From positions 2,235,195-2,299,194 of the forward strand of contig NC_068981.1 in NCBI RefSeq assembly GCF_001194135.2: DNA of 64,000 nt, in the 5' to 3' direction. A program made the position numbers and the translations under genes. Each line of letters starts with the position of its first letter. Within the stretch, counting starts at the first letter, position 1. Below are positions 13,097-27,012 of the stretch, one piece after another. The notes under the pieces were generated by a model. The model saw only the letters and a list, made by a program, of their open reading frames with translations, was not told the origin of the DNA and did no database searches. Origin of the DNA: Octopus bimaculoides (taxonomy: Eukaryota).

Positions 13097-13914
13097 ACTT
13101 AACCTGGTTTTCATATGTAAGTGATTAAGGTTACAACACTACCCCTTGGATGGGACACCAGTCCTTTGCAGGGTTAACTTCCCGTCTATTAATGGAACCC
13201 ATTTACAGCTGAGTCAACGGGAGCAACGTGAAATGAAGCGTCTTGCTTAAGAACACAGTGCACTACAAGATATAATTGCTAATGTCAACATTTATAGCAG
13301 ACATTCTTTCAGAAAGAATCATCCGTTTGAAGTGTGGAAGAAATTTTAGTTTTCTTTCTATTTCTTACAATGTAACAGAAGAAGCGTTTCGCTGTTACCA
13401 CTTTGTTATTTCCTCTCCTTTAGTGTGGTGAGTGGGAGGGACTTTAAAATGAAAGTTTACAATAGAAAATGTGACTAGTGTTGCTGGCATAAAAACAGAA
13501 ACATTTATAAATGATGGAAAAGATGCTAACAAAAGGAAGAAGCCATAAATTGATGGCTCCTTGTGCCACATATGATGAGAAGAATCATTATTGTAACTTC
13601 CACTTTTTCATGCTTGCATGGGTCAGGCGGAGTTTGTTGAGGCAGATCTTTCCACAGCTGGATACTCTTCCAGTTGCCATCCCTCAACTGCTTCCAAGCA
13701 AGGTAATATTCCTCTCCTTGGCCTAACGGGTTTTACACTGAAGACTGGAAACATTGCTTATATGACTTGTTTACAACCATCACATGATATCTAGACAGGG
13801 GTACACACACACACACATTCATGCAAACACGCATACATACATGGGACTGAACCCAAGACCACACGGTTTTGCTACCCTGTCGCATCACACTTCACACATA
13901 AACATCACACAATA

Positions 13915-14040
13915 TACTCTTGCCTTTCATCCTTTCAGGGGTCGATAAATTAAGTACCAGTTTTGTACTGGGGTCGATCTAATCGACTGGCCCCCTCCCC
14001 CAAAATTTCGGGCCTTTTGCCTAGAGTAGAAAAGAATATA
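13915..14040 (+). mobile_element. SINE family C core (cctttcatcctttcggggtcgataaattaagtaccag)
   Basis: Recurs at about 29160-29340(-), 35715-36210(+, split), 46600-46860(-), 59440-59550(-), 60675-60805(+) and 63030-63230(-). Resembles the conserved central domains of metazoan SINE superfamilies; exact family not assigned. Confidence 0.75.
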
Positions 14041-14049
14041 GTCTCCACT

Positions 14050-14330
14050 TTGATAGAGATGACCTTTGTTATCAACAGAGGTCAACAGCTCTCTGAACTT
14101 TTTCCCAACTGATACTTATTCTGGCTACTACATTTTCAGAACACCCATTCCATTGCTAATTAAAGCCCCTGGGTAACTATCAAGTACAACTAGGGAGCTG
14201 TCCATACATTTGGGAGACTATCTCTCATGCATTCTTGGTGTTTATTACTCCTTTGCACCTGCAGTGTTTGAAGCTTGTCTTCTGCTACCCTGCCTGTAAT
14301 CCCATAACATTTCTTTGCAGGGAATAACTA
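14050..14330 (-). mobile_element. RTE/RTEX LINE fragment
   Basis: The reverse complement reads approximately LVVLDSYPGALISNGMGCSENVVARISISWEKFREL, the decayed post-YLG region of the same family. Confidence 0.6.
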
Positions 14331-14533
14331 CCTACTGTTTTTCTGCATACCAAACATGGTCATTTCCTTGATGGTAACAGGGTCTGGTTGCCTTTTCCCC
14401 TCTACTAAAACACACACACAAATTATTGGATATGCAAAAGAATTGGTGCATCAAACAAAAGCGCAGTGTTATATCATCTCAGTTGCCCCCCCCCCACTCC
14501 CTTTACACCCACCCAACTTTAATATTCTGATTG

Positions 14534-14900
14534 AAGATTTTTTGCCAACATAAAATGGCAGTCCTGGTTTAGGACTAATGTTGCTGTAATTTAGCCCCAG
14601 GAGACATCGTCTCCAGCTGGCTATATGACACAATCTGTGTCCTTACATTTTCGAACAAGGGAATCTAGCACCCCCACTCAGCTCAAAACAATATCTGTGT
14701 ATCGCGATTTCTGGGTTATTTCCCTTCATCAGCATAAAATAATTGTTCGGCTAGAAGTGGCGCTGCCAAATTCCCTTGTTTGAAAATGTAAGGACACAGA
14801 TTGTGTTGTATAGCCAGCTGGAGACGATGTCTCCTGGGGCTAAATTACAGCAACATTCGTCCTAAACCAGGACTGCCATGTTATGTTGGCAAACAATCTT
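14534..14900. mobile_element. Long inverted-repeat element (arms about 135 bp) with a hammerhead-like motif in the loop (family 2, Penelope-type)
   Basis: Arms 14534-about 14670 and about 14764-14900 are near-perfect reverse complements. Minus strand 14693-14739 reads ttttatg-CTGATGA-a-ggg-aaataa-ccc-a-GAA-ATCGCGAT-A-cacagat. Confidence 0.7.
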
Positions 14901-16572
14901 TACTCCAAAGTACTGTTGCTGAATATCTCTCGTTGCGAGATTTAAAAATAGTAATTTTCTCATTTAATATTTGTCCTCCTCCAAAGCCAATAAAGTACTA
15001 TACAAAAGACTAGGATTGACATTACTGACTAAATAAAAAAAACCTTCAAGATGGTGCCCCAGCATGGCAGTAGCCCAATGAGAGAACCCAGTGAAAGAAG
15101 CATTATTTTTAGTTAGTCTCAAGACTGGAAGAGAAAAATAAAATTCTCCAAATTGTAACAAAATATGTAAACATTTTGACATGTGCAATACTGTGAGACA
15201 AGGATTGGTGAAACACTAAATAGATCAGAAAAAGTTTTTCAGTTAAACAACCTCTGGCCAATGTTTACAAAAAGACATAAATAACTGCAGCAGGTTACCC
15301 AGTAACTAAATACTTTGGAAATAAAGTCAATATTTGTTGATACCATTGCTGTGTTTTGGTATTTTGTTTCTGTTATTTTTTTTTTAGTAGTGTGTATGTA
15401 TGTGTGTGCATTTATAGTAACACCATCATCGAGTAACAAACTTCAGAGGAATATCATTTATTGCAATGCTACGCAAGATCTGGAACAGACTTCTAAATTA
15501 CATCATCATCTTTTAACGTCCGCTTTCCATGCTGGCATGGGTTGGACAGTTTGACTGAGAATTGGTGAACCAAAAGGCTGCACCAGGTTCAATCTGATCT
15601 GGCAAAGTTTCTATAGCTGGGTGCCCTTCCTAATGCCAACCACTCTGAGAGTATAGTGGGTGCTTTTACGTGCCACTGCTACGAGGACCAGTCAGGCGAT
15701 TCTGGCAACGACCACACTCAAAATGGTGTTTTTTACATGCTACCTGCACAGGAGCCAGTCTCGAATGTTGTTTTTCATGTGCCGGTAAGACGACGCTGGC
15801 AACAATCACACTCGAATGATGCTTTTTATGTGCCACCGACACAGGACCCAATCCGTAGCCCTGACAACGATCACGCTCAGATGTGCTTTTAACATTCCAC
15901 TGGCACGAGTGCCAATCAGGCGGTACTATCATCAGCCACGTCAGCGATTTTGATTTGATTTCACTTACCTCAATGGGTCTTCACAAGCAAAGTTCATTGT
16001 CCAATGAATGAGGGGTATTCATAAGTGGGGTGGTTACACCCCATGCTTGGATGTGCTCTTAACGTTCCACTGGCACGAGTGCCAATGAGGCAGTACTGTC
16101 ATCGGCCACGTCAGTAATTTTGATTTTGATATAATAAAATAGGGTTGATTTCATTATTTCCAACACATCCAGCATCACATTTGTGTACCTTAAGGTTAAA
16201 TACAATGATTAGAGAGGGGGGGGGACATTAGGGATCAGCAAACAATTTTTGACTGAAGAAGTGAGAAAGGATCCTTGTCTGTTGTGAGCAGGAGTATAAT
16301 CTTTGCTGTGAAGGTATGTGGCTTAGAGGTTAAAGTATTCAACTCATGATCCTAAGGTGATGAGTTCGATTCCAGGCAGTGCATTGTGTCCTTGAGCAAG
16401 TCAATTTATTTCAACCATTAAACTGTGGCAATGCTGGGGCACCACCTTGAAGAATTTTAATTCAATGAATCAACTCCCAATACTTATTCTATTAGGGCTG
16501 ATACTTAGTCTACCGGTCTTTTTTCTTAAGTTACAGGAATGTAAATAACACCACCAGTTATCAAGTGGTGGT

Positions 16573-16619
<47 letters not shown>

Positions 16620-17551
16620 AGTCTTCTGTCTACCAAATCTGCTCATAAGGCTTTGGTTGGCCTGGGGCTATAGAAGGCACTTACCCAAGCTGCCATGTAG
16701 TGAGAATGAACCCAGAGGCATGTGGTTAGGAAGCAAACTTCTTACCACACAGCCAAGCCAGTGCCATTCTTTTAACATAATTTCATTCATGTTATGTGGT
16801 GCCTTGGTGGCCAGTTATTGGAAGGGAAGATAATTATTTCTCGATAAATCTTAGAGTGATTAGAAGTTTGACTTTTAAATTGAAGACCAAGGAAGACAGT
16901 GCCCTGAAAATACATGTTTAATTCTCGACAAGAATCAAATTTTCGTAATGGATCTAAAAGTCTCCAACATGTAAAACGATCTTTAAATGCTGGAAGAACA
17001 AATGTTGCATGAGAAATTTAGTAACAAGAACTATTGTAAGCAAACAGTTATTGATTGTTAGTGAAGGAAGGAAAAGTAGGGCCCCCATGACACTTGCACA
17101 TCATCTCAAGCTGGTGAGTTAAATAAGAGAAGCCTCAGATTAAACACCTTTAGGTCAACATGTAGCAGCAAAATAAGGTTTGTAAGGGAACTTTAAATAG
17201 CTGCAGTTCTAAAACTAGGGGAAATAGTTCAAGGGAGACAGGATCTGATAAAAGGGAGCACACAGATTCATGTGTGTGGGGGGGTCTTGGGAAGAGAGTA
17301 CACCCGGACAGCTACATCATGCAGGGGTGGAAAGGAGCCTGAGAAAAGAGGGCAAACAGCTCAAACATCCAGATTAGCAAAAAAAAACCATTCAGTAGAA
17401 ATTAAAAAAATGACCAAGAGAGAAGAGTACATATCAGTGACTTAATGGTTGAAACTTGTTGGAGATGACATCATTTGCCTATCACTGAAACAGTCTTCTT
17501 TGAGTAGGTCTAGGATGTTAGTGGACATTGCAGCAATACCTACCCACCACC

Positions 17552-17584
<33 letters not shown>

Positions 17585-17587
<3 letters not shown>

Positions 17588-17862
17588 AATAAAATGAGAC
17601 AACAAAGCCTAGGCTGTGTGGAATTTTCAGGACATTTATAAAGAGAGAGTTAGTCTTACAGCCGTTTCTGGGATATTAGGGATATCTCTTCATCAGAGAC
17701 GATATGAGAGAGTTAACTAGAGGGAAATAATTAACTCTCTTATATCGTCTCTGGTGAAGGGATATCCCTAATACCCCAGAAACAGCCGTAAGATTAACTT
17801 TCTCTTGATAAATTTCCTATAAATTCCACACGACCTTGGTTTTGTTGTCTTGTTTTATTTAA
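17585..17862. mobile_element. Inverted-repeat element with two hammerhead-like motifs (family 3, Penelope-type)
   Basis: Arms 17585-17716 and 17731-17862 with a 14-nt spacer. Motifs at 17653-17700 (-) and 17747-17794 (+). Confidence 0.75.
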
Positions 17863-18713
17863 CGTATACACGCTCACACAAAACCTACATTAGACTCCTC
17901 ACTTGTATTAGTATCGAACCAAGAGTCTAACTACCGTCCTCCCATAGCATTTACATAGCCTTACCTGCCGTCTCGGGTCTTCTGGATATCAATATCTCAC
18001 ATATATATGAACAATTCACCAGTGTAAATCTATATAATTATCAATAGCATTGCAAGATTGAATGTACTCAAGTATATAGGTAGTATGTATATAAACTGAG
18101 ATCAATTGATTGATTTTAATACATATATCATCATTTCAATGTCCACTTTTCATGCTTGCATGGAACAAATTGTTGAAGCAGATTTTCTACAACCAGACGC
18201 TCTTCCTGTTACCAACCCTTATCTGCTTCTAAACAAGGTAATATTTACCCAGAGCTGGATATATTTTCATGGAAGATTGGAAAGAATGACTGTTGGTATG
18301 ATGCTCATTCATAAATATCGCATGTTGTAGAGACAAGGAATCACAAACATAAACACCCACATGCTGGTGGCATGGAAAATAATGCACCCAGGACAAAGTG
18401 GTTGGTATTAGGAAGGGCATCCAGCTGTAGAAAGCATGTAAGAGTAGGCAATGGAACACAATGCAGTACTTCGACCTGTCAGATCCTATCAAACTGCCCA
18501 GCATGAAACATGGAGGTTAAATAATTATTTATATATACATACACACACACACACACACACACACAGATACTTATATTGTGCTGGTGCCATGCAAAAAGCA
18601 CCCGGTACACTCTGTAAAGTAATTAACACTAGAAAAGGCATCCAACTATAGAAACCTCCTGACAAACCATCCAACCCATGCCAGCATGGAAAACAAATGT
18701 TAAATGATGTAAT

Positions 18714-18717
<4 letters not shown>

Positions 18718-18782
<65 letters not shown>

Positions 18783-19079
18783 NNNNNNNNNNNNNNNNNN
18801 NNNNNNNNNNNNNNNNNNNNNNNNNNNNNNNNNNNNNNNNNNNNNNNNNNNNNNNNNNNNNNNNNNNNNNNNNNNNNNNNNNNNNNNNNNNNNNNNNNNN
18901 NNNNNNNNNNNNNNNNNNNNNNNNNNNNNNNNNNNNNNNNNNNNNNNNNNNNNNNNNNNNNNNNNNNNNNNNNNNNNNNNNNNNNNNNNNNNNNNNNNNN
19001 NNNNNNNNNNNNNNNNNNNNNNNNNNNNNNNNNNNNNNNNNNNNNNNNNNNNNNNNNNNNNNNNNNNNNNNNNNNNNNN

Positions 19080-19110
<31 letters not shown>
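18718..19110. repeat. (TG)n, N gap (18783-19079), (TA)n
   Basis: Directly visible. Confidence 0.95.
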
Positions 19111-19113
<3 letters not shown>

Positions 19114-19597
19114 AATATCTAAGTGTTTTTAAATATTCTAAGTGCTTGTATTCTGACCGCTAAATTTTTATTCCTCTATAGTATATCGTGTGAACTTATA
19201 ACTCACTATGTTTTATATAATATCAACGTTTTTATATCTTATGTGTATAATTTGTACTTATTTTACTTATATATTTTTAAAATGCCTATGTATTTATAAA
19301 TGTTTTTAAATATTTTTAGATATTTGCGGGCCTATAAAAATATGTATATGTCTATATGCTTGTATCTTATTAATACTTCTATTAAGTTGAGCTTTATGCC
19401 GCTTTATTAATGTCGAAGTAAGTGTGCATATATATATTGAATATTCTGCTGGATAATAGATCATGTCCCTCTAGTTTTCCACTCGTATTGCCTCCACTCA
19501 AATTATTAATTTGAACTTAGCTCAGCTTGAGCACTTCGAGTCTAGCCTGTCTACGAGTATTGCTAATAAATAACAATATCTATAAAATAACATAATT

Positions 19598-19629
<32 letters not shown>

Positions 19630-22600
19630 GTACCCCCTGACTGGCTCCCATGCCGGTAGCAAGTAAAAAGCACTATCCGAACATGATCGATGCCAGGCCC
19701 ACCTGACTGGTTCCCATGCCAGTGGCACGTAAAAAGCACCCACTACATTCTAGGAGGGGTTGGCGTTAGGAAGGACATCCAGCTGTAGAAACACTGCCAG
19801 ATCAGATTGGAGCCTGGTGTAGCCATCTGGTTTCACCAGTCCTCAGTCAAACTGTCAAACCCATGCTAGCATGGAAAACGGACGTTAAACGATGATGAAA
19901 CAAAAAAGCATGCAGTTCCCTTCTATCAGATCTGATGATAAAACTTTGGTCATAGTAGAAAACATTTGCTAAAAGGTGTTGCACAGTGGGACTGAACCTG
20001 AAACCACACAGTTGGGAAGCAAACTTCTTAACCACATAGCCACACCTCCCTATTAATTCAGTAATTTTTCACAGTTTCTTGAAAATATGCATTTAAACTC
20101 CATTTTTACTGAGTCATTCCTAACTGGAAGTTGACTTTTAAACCAAAACAATGATAACGGATTTTCTTTTTTTTGCACTGAGTCAGCAAAACCAGGTGAC
20201 CACCACCATCAACCCTGTTGTATAGATTGATATGATAGGTCCTTTCCAGCCAGCAGCCAATCACCAATTTCTATCTGCAGTTACTTTGTTGATAAGGTTT
20301 ATCATTCAGAAATATTCTAACATGGCCACAGATCAAACACTGACACCAACCAGCACAAGACATCCAGTGCAAACAAAATAGGTTTCTCTTATCTTTTATT
20401 TCTTTAAATCATTAGACTGAGGCCATACTGGGGCACCACCTTGAAGGGTTTTATCCAAATCAGCCTCAGTACTTTCTTTTTTCTTTCTTTTAAGTCTGGT
20501 ACTTATTCTATTGCTTTAATTTGCTGAACTCCAAAGTTATGGGATGCAAATAAACCAACACTAGTTTGTCACACAGTGGGTGAGGGTACAAACACACATA
20601 TATACATAAACAACAGGCTTCCACACAGTTTCTGTCTTCCAAATTCACTCCCTAGGCATTGATGGATCCAGGGCTATAATAGAAGACATTTGCTCAAGGT
20701 GTTGCAACGTGGGACTGAACCTGAAACCCCATGGTTGAAAAGCAAGCATCTTAACCACATAGCCATGTTTATTGATATTAAATATGATTTAAGTAATTAT
20801 GAAAATCAAGAAATATTAACTGTAAGAGAAAAAAAATAATAATAACTGGCAGTGGAGTTAAAGCTCATTTTGCAACCAGGGGTTTCAGGTTCAATACCAC
20901 AGTACAGCATCTTGGACAAGTGTCTACTAAGGCCTCAAAATGATCAACGCCTTGTGAGTGAATATGGAAGATGGAAATTGTGTGAAAGCCTGTTTTCTGT
21001 GTGTGCATGTGTGTGCACATGCACGTGTGTGTGTGTGTCACCAGTGCTCGACAACTAATATTTGTTTGTTTACAGCCCAGTAATTTAGCAGTTCAGCAAA
21101 AGAGCCTGATATAATAAGCAAAAGACTTAAAAACAGAACAAAGTCCTGGGGTCGATTTGCACGACTAAATCCCTTCAATACAGTGCCCTTGCATGGTTGC
21201 AGTTCAATAAATGAAACAACAGTAAAGCAATATAAGGAAAAACATTTTTTTATAGTCAAATGTTAGTTTTAACATACAATAATTCTAAGTCAGGTGACAA
21301 CTTTCCTACCAATAGGAATCCTTGTTAGAGCTTCTCCCCCCCCCCTTATTTAGATAAGATTACTATGACTATCCTAGCAATGACCACAAATACAAGTACA
21401 TTTGCTACAGTTTTAGGCCTTGAGAATCTCTGGTATTATGATTAGAATATTTCAAACAATGTGGTTCCATTGTCCAAACTCTGGGTTTCCACATTCTCAA
21501 AGCATGTCAAAATACGAGACTAAAGTTATCGATACAAAGAATTTGGAATATTTTAGCAAAGCTTATTAAAATATTTCCGAATTAATAAACCCTTCTGTTT
21601 CACATTCTCCACGCTCTGGGTCTCCCCAGTGCCGCAGTCTCAAAGCAAAATATGACCAACCAAAGTAGTCAAGACAAAGAATCTGGAATATTTTAGCCAA
21701 GCTTACTCGGCTGTCGTCACCAGTTAGTATCTATTTAAGGTTAATAAAAGTCAAATTGGTGAATAGGAGAAATACCAAACAACTAAGCTATTTTAATAGG
21801 AAAGGGAAATAAAGATATAGTGAATAGCAAATGCAGACTATTACTCATTTCGTGTACAATTGGGACGAGAAATTAAAACAGGTTTTGAAAGGCCGAGTTT
21901 TGTGCAAAACAATGTCATTTTCTATGTACAGTAGTAGACTTTTAAAGAAATCTTTGCAAATTAAATTATCCATCAAAGTCTGCATTGCTTTTCGATATGT
22001 GCAGGCGTGGCTGTGAGGTTAAGCAGCTTCTCTTGCAACCATGTGGCTTCAGGATCAGTCCTACTGCGCAGCACCTTGGGCGAGAGTTTTCTGCTTTGAC
22101 CCTGGGTCAATTAATGCCTTGTGCGTGTGAATCCAATAGATGGAAACTGTGTGGAAACCTGTCATGTGTTCATGTAGTGGTGGGGGAATGGCTTTGTGAC
22201 TTGTTTGTCCGCTCCCTCTCCCTAGACAACTGGTGTTGGTTTTTGGGGTTTTTTATGCCTCATAACTTAATAGTGATGGCAAAAATATAAATATTCCAGC
22301 TATACCAAAAGGATTCAACAAAACTACAACTCTTTCCTCCACCTCAATCAATACATTGACAACTACAGTAATTAAAGCTAATTACCAATCACAACCACAG
22401 CCAGCTCCTGTGGACTGAAAGAAAATAATCATCATCATCATCATTTAACATTCACTTTTCCATGCTTGCATTGGTCAGACAGAGGCAGATTTTTTGTGAG
22501 GATGCCTTTCCTGTCACCAACCCTCACTTTTATTCAAGCAAGGTAATATTTCTCCATGGTCAGATACGTTTTTTTATGGAAAACTAGAAATAAACAACAA

Positions 22601-23194
22601 TGCTTGTATGACGGTGATGCTCGTTTACAACCATCACATGATGTCAGAACAAGAGCACACACAGAGACATCGATATATATACACACACATACACGCATAC
22701 ACAATGGTCTTCTTTCAGTTTCTGTCTACAAAGCCACTCACAAGGCTTTAGTTAGCCTTAGTTAGTCAACTGTTCAAGACCCTTGTCCAAAATACCAAGC
22801 TACGAGACTGAACCCAAAACCCAACGGTTGGAAAGCAAACTTCTTAGCCACACTTCCAAACTCAAAATTTATCTTTCATACTTGATACAATTTCTAAAAG
22901 AAGATAAGAGATTATCCCAGCACACAGTTGTTGATGTTTCAGCAATTGCTTATCAAAATTAATATAGATTAGACACATGTTCTCGTTAATATTTGTCTTT
23001 GTTAAGTCATTAACAATTGTTTCACATAATTTCTTAATCTGTCTATACACAATTCAGCATTAATCCAACTAATTCTACCTATTGGTTTTCACAGAACACC
23101 AATAGGTAAAACAACCAAATACTTGAAAAGCAATCGTTAATTCAAACCTTTTCCCCAATTACAAGTCGACAACCACCAAAAATATAATATATAT

Positions 23195-23760
23195 CATCAT
23201 CATCATCGTTTAATGTCCGCTTTCCATGCTGGCATGGGTTGGATGATCTGACTGAGGGCTGGAAAGCCAGAAGGCTGCACCAGGCTCCAATCTGATCTGG
23301 CAATGTTTCTACAGCTGAATGCCCTTATCAACGCCAACCACTCCAAGAGTGTAGTGGGTCCTTTTTATGTGTCACTGGCACGAGGGCCAGTCAGGCAGCA
23401 CTGGCATCGACCACACTCTAATGGTACTTTTTACGTGCTACCTGTAAGGGACCAGTCAGCTGGAACTAACATCGACTACACTCAAATGGTGTTTTTTACA
23501 TGCCACCAGCATGGGACCAATCAGGTGGCACTGGCATTGACCACATTCAAATGGTGCATTTTACCTGCCACCAGCACGGGTGCCAGTCAGGCGGTACTGT
23601 CATTGGCCACGACAATGACTTCACTTGCCTCAACAGGTCTTCACAAGCGCAGTTTATTGCCCAATGATTGAAGGGTACTCTTGAATGGGCTGGTTATGCT
23701 GCATTGTCATAAGCCAAGGTTACAGTTTCACTTGGCTTGCCGGGTCTTCTCAAGCACAGC
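23195..23760 (-). mobile_element. Retroposon family B (GGTTGGCGTTAGGAAGGGCATCC motif, internal aaaagcacc subrepeats, (GAT)n tail), probably RTE-related; representative of at least 15 copies
   Basis: Other copies at about 4170-4497(+), 7780-8090(+), 15500-16130(-), 19630-19897(+), 29340-29580(-), 33860-34050(+), 37780-38280(-), 42020-42310(+) and 61650-61960(-). Confidence 0.85.
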
Positions 23761-25488
23761 ATATTTCCATATATCTCTATATATAGGGACGAGGTGGTGA
23801 AGCATAACCTTCAAACACTAGGCCCCATGGAGGCAATGTCAAGTTGCCAAGAACTGGCCAATATGCTGTGCTTAAGAAGACTCATCAAGCCAAGTAAAAC
23901 CACTGTTGTGGCCATTACCACTGTCATATAAATGGCACCCCTGAAATCGTAGTCATAGCCATTACCAGTGTCATGTAAATAGCACGCATGCCGGTGGCAC
24001 ATAAAAAGCACCCATTACACTCGCAGAGTGGTTGGCATTAGGAAGGGCATCCAGCCATAGAAACCATGCCAAATTAGACAGGAACCTGGTGCAGCCCTCC
24101 AGCTTATCAGTTCCAGTCAAACCACCTAATCCATGCCAGCATGGAGAGCAGACATTAAGTGATGATAAATATTTATTCTTCAAGAGGCACAGGAATGGCT
24201 ACATGGATAAAGAGCCTGATTTCTAATCATGTTGTCTTGGAGTTAGTTCAACTGTGCATTGCCTTGGGAAAGTGTCTTCTACTATTTATTACCCCAGGCT
24301 AACTGAAGCCATATGAGTGAATTTGGTAGACAGAAACTGAAAGAAGCCCATTGAGTGTGTGTGTACCTTTGTCTAGACATAATGTGATGTTTATAAATGA
24401 GCATCACTGTCATACAAGCGAGCTGCTTCTTACCATTTTCCAGAAAAATCATATCAAACTTTGGCTAAGTATTACATTGCTTGAAAACAGGTGAGGGTTG
24501 GTGGCAGGAAGAGGACCCAGTCTGCTTGACCCATGCAAGCATGGAAAAGTGGAGTTAAAACAATGATGGTAATATGATGAAATATATGTATATTGGTATA
24601 TTTATGAATTACCACAAAAATAAATAAGTTACATGTATTAAGTAGAAAATAGTTGACATTTGTAGAAAGCCATTTTGGCTAAATACAATATGGAAGATTC
24701 AGCCTTTCCCCTAGAGAATAACTGAAGTGAGACAGTTTTAACAGGAATCAAATCCAGCTCAGACTTTATATTTCTTTTTGATACCAACACCCCTCCTCCA
24801 ACTGCTTCAGGTTCTGTGATACAAACTGTGTTTTGAAGCTTCTAATTAATTAAGATTCCAAACAATGGCAGTGACTTGACTGGAGTCTTCGTTATTTTCA
24901 AAATTAATTGAAACAAAAGCAGAAATTTTCATCAGAAACCTAACAAAAGGGTTGGACACATCCACAATTAGCTGATATTAAAACTTTTAATTATTCTGGT
25001 TTGTAACAAGACAAAAGTATATTGTGATCAAATTAAGTAAATTTAACCATTTAGTTACCATATTTGTGCTGAAAATACATTGCCTTTGTTTCAATTAATT
25101 TAGAAACTAATGAAAAATTTAGTAAAATAGCTATCCTAATTAAGCTGGTATATGGAACATAAATTAACACAAAACTTCAATGGAAGGTTTTAATTTAGAT
25201 CATTTAACTCTTTAGCATTTAAACCAACCATATCCAGTCCAAATTATCTGTTTTGTATTCTAACTGGCCAGAATCAACCTCTCATATGTACCTGACAATG
25301 TCATTCTCAAAATAAACAATTATATCATCAAAATCTCAAATCTACGAGAAAATGCATGATAAATTCAAAACTAATGTGAAATAAGCACAAGATTTGACAA
25401 TAATCTGAATGCTAAACAGTTAAAATAGGAAGTTTGTATTAGAGAAAGAGGAACAGTTTCAGGTGTGTTGATATCAAAAGGGTTAAAC

Positions 25489-25707
25489 TCTTTTACTTGT
25501 TTCAGTCATTTGACTGTGGCCATGCTGGAGCACCGCCTTTAGTCGAGCAAATCGACCCCAGGACTTATTCTTTGTAAGCCTGGTACTTATTCTATCAGTC
25601 TCTTTTGCCGAACCGCTAAGTTACGGGGACATAAACACACCAGCATCAGTTGTCAAGCGATGTTGGGGGGACAAACAGACATGGAAACACATACATATAT
25701 ATATATG

Positions 25708-25739
<32 letters not shown>

Positions 25740-26727
25740 TATATACACACACATACATATATACACACACACACATACATATACACACACACACACATAC
25801 ATATACACACACACATACATACATATACACACACACATACATACATATACACACACACATACATATACACACACACACACATACATACATATATATACAC
25901 ACACANNNNNNNNNNNNNNNNNNNNNNNNNNNNNNNNNNNNNNNNNNNNNNNNNNNNNNNNNNNNNNNNNNNNNNNNNNNNNNNNNNNNNNNNNNNNNNN
26001 NNNNNNNNNNNNNNNNNNNNNNNNNNNNNNNNNNNNNNNNNNNNNNNNNNNNNNNNNNNNNNNNNNNNNNNNNNNNNNNNNNNNNNNNNNNNNNNNNNNN
26101 NNNNNNNNNNNNNNNNNNNNNNNNNNNNNNNNNNNNNNNNNNNNNNNNNNNNNNNNNNNNNNNNNNNNNNNNNNNNNNNNNNNNNNNNNNNNNNNNNNNN
26201 NNNNNNNNNNNNNNNNNNNNNNNNNNNNNNNNNNNNNNNNNNNNNNNNNNNNNNNNNNNNNNNNNNNNNNNNNNNNNNNNNNNNNNNNNNNNNNNNNNNN
26301 NNNNNNNNNNNNNNNNNNNNNNNNNNNNNNNNNNNNNNNNNNNNNNNNNNNNNNNNNNNNNNNNNNNNNNNNNNNNNNNNNNNNNNNNNNNNNNNNNNNN
26401 NNNNNNNNNNNNNNNNNNNNNNNNNNNNNNNNNNNNNNNNNNNNNNNNNNNNNNNNNNNNNNNNNNNNNNNNNNNNNNNNNNNNNNNNNNNNNNNNNNNN
26501 NNNNNNNNNNNNNNNNNNNNNNNNNNNNNNNNNNNNNNNNNNNNNNNNNNNNNNNNNNNNNNNNNNNNNNNNNNNNNNNNNNNNNNNNNNNNNNNNNNNN
26601 NNNNNNNNNNNNNNNNNNNNNNNNNNNNNNNNNNNNNNNNNNNNNNNNNNNNNNNNNNNNNNNNNNNNNNNNNNNNNNNNNNNNNNNNNNNNNNNNNNNN
26701 NATACATATATATACACACACACACAC

Positions 26728-26758
<31 letters not shown>

Positions 26759-26817
26759 CACACACACACACATACATATACACACACACACATATATATA
26801 CACACACACACACATAC

Positions 26818-26859
<42 letters not shown>

Positions 26860-27012
26860 CGGGCTCGTTTCAGTTTCCGTCTACCAAATCCACTCACAAG
26901 GCTTTGGTCAGCCCGAGGCTATAATAGAAGACACTTGCCCAAGGTGCCACGCAATGGGACTGAACCCGGAACCATGTGGTTGGTAAGCAAGCTACTTACC
27001 ACACAGCCACTC
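25489..27012 (-). mobile_element. SINE family A copy with greatly expanded compound CA/TA microsatellite and gap
   Basis: Tail at 25489-25680, head at about 26858-27012, N gap 25906-26701. Confidence 0.9.

Noticed and set aside
22928-22958. Minus-strand TTGATAA-gcaattgct-GAAACATC resembling a decayed hammerhead
   Set aside because: Two core changes and no helix I; indistinguishable from chance.
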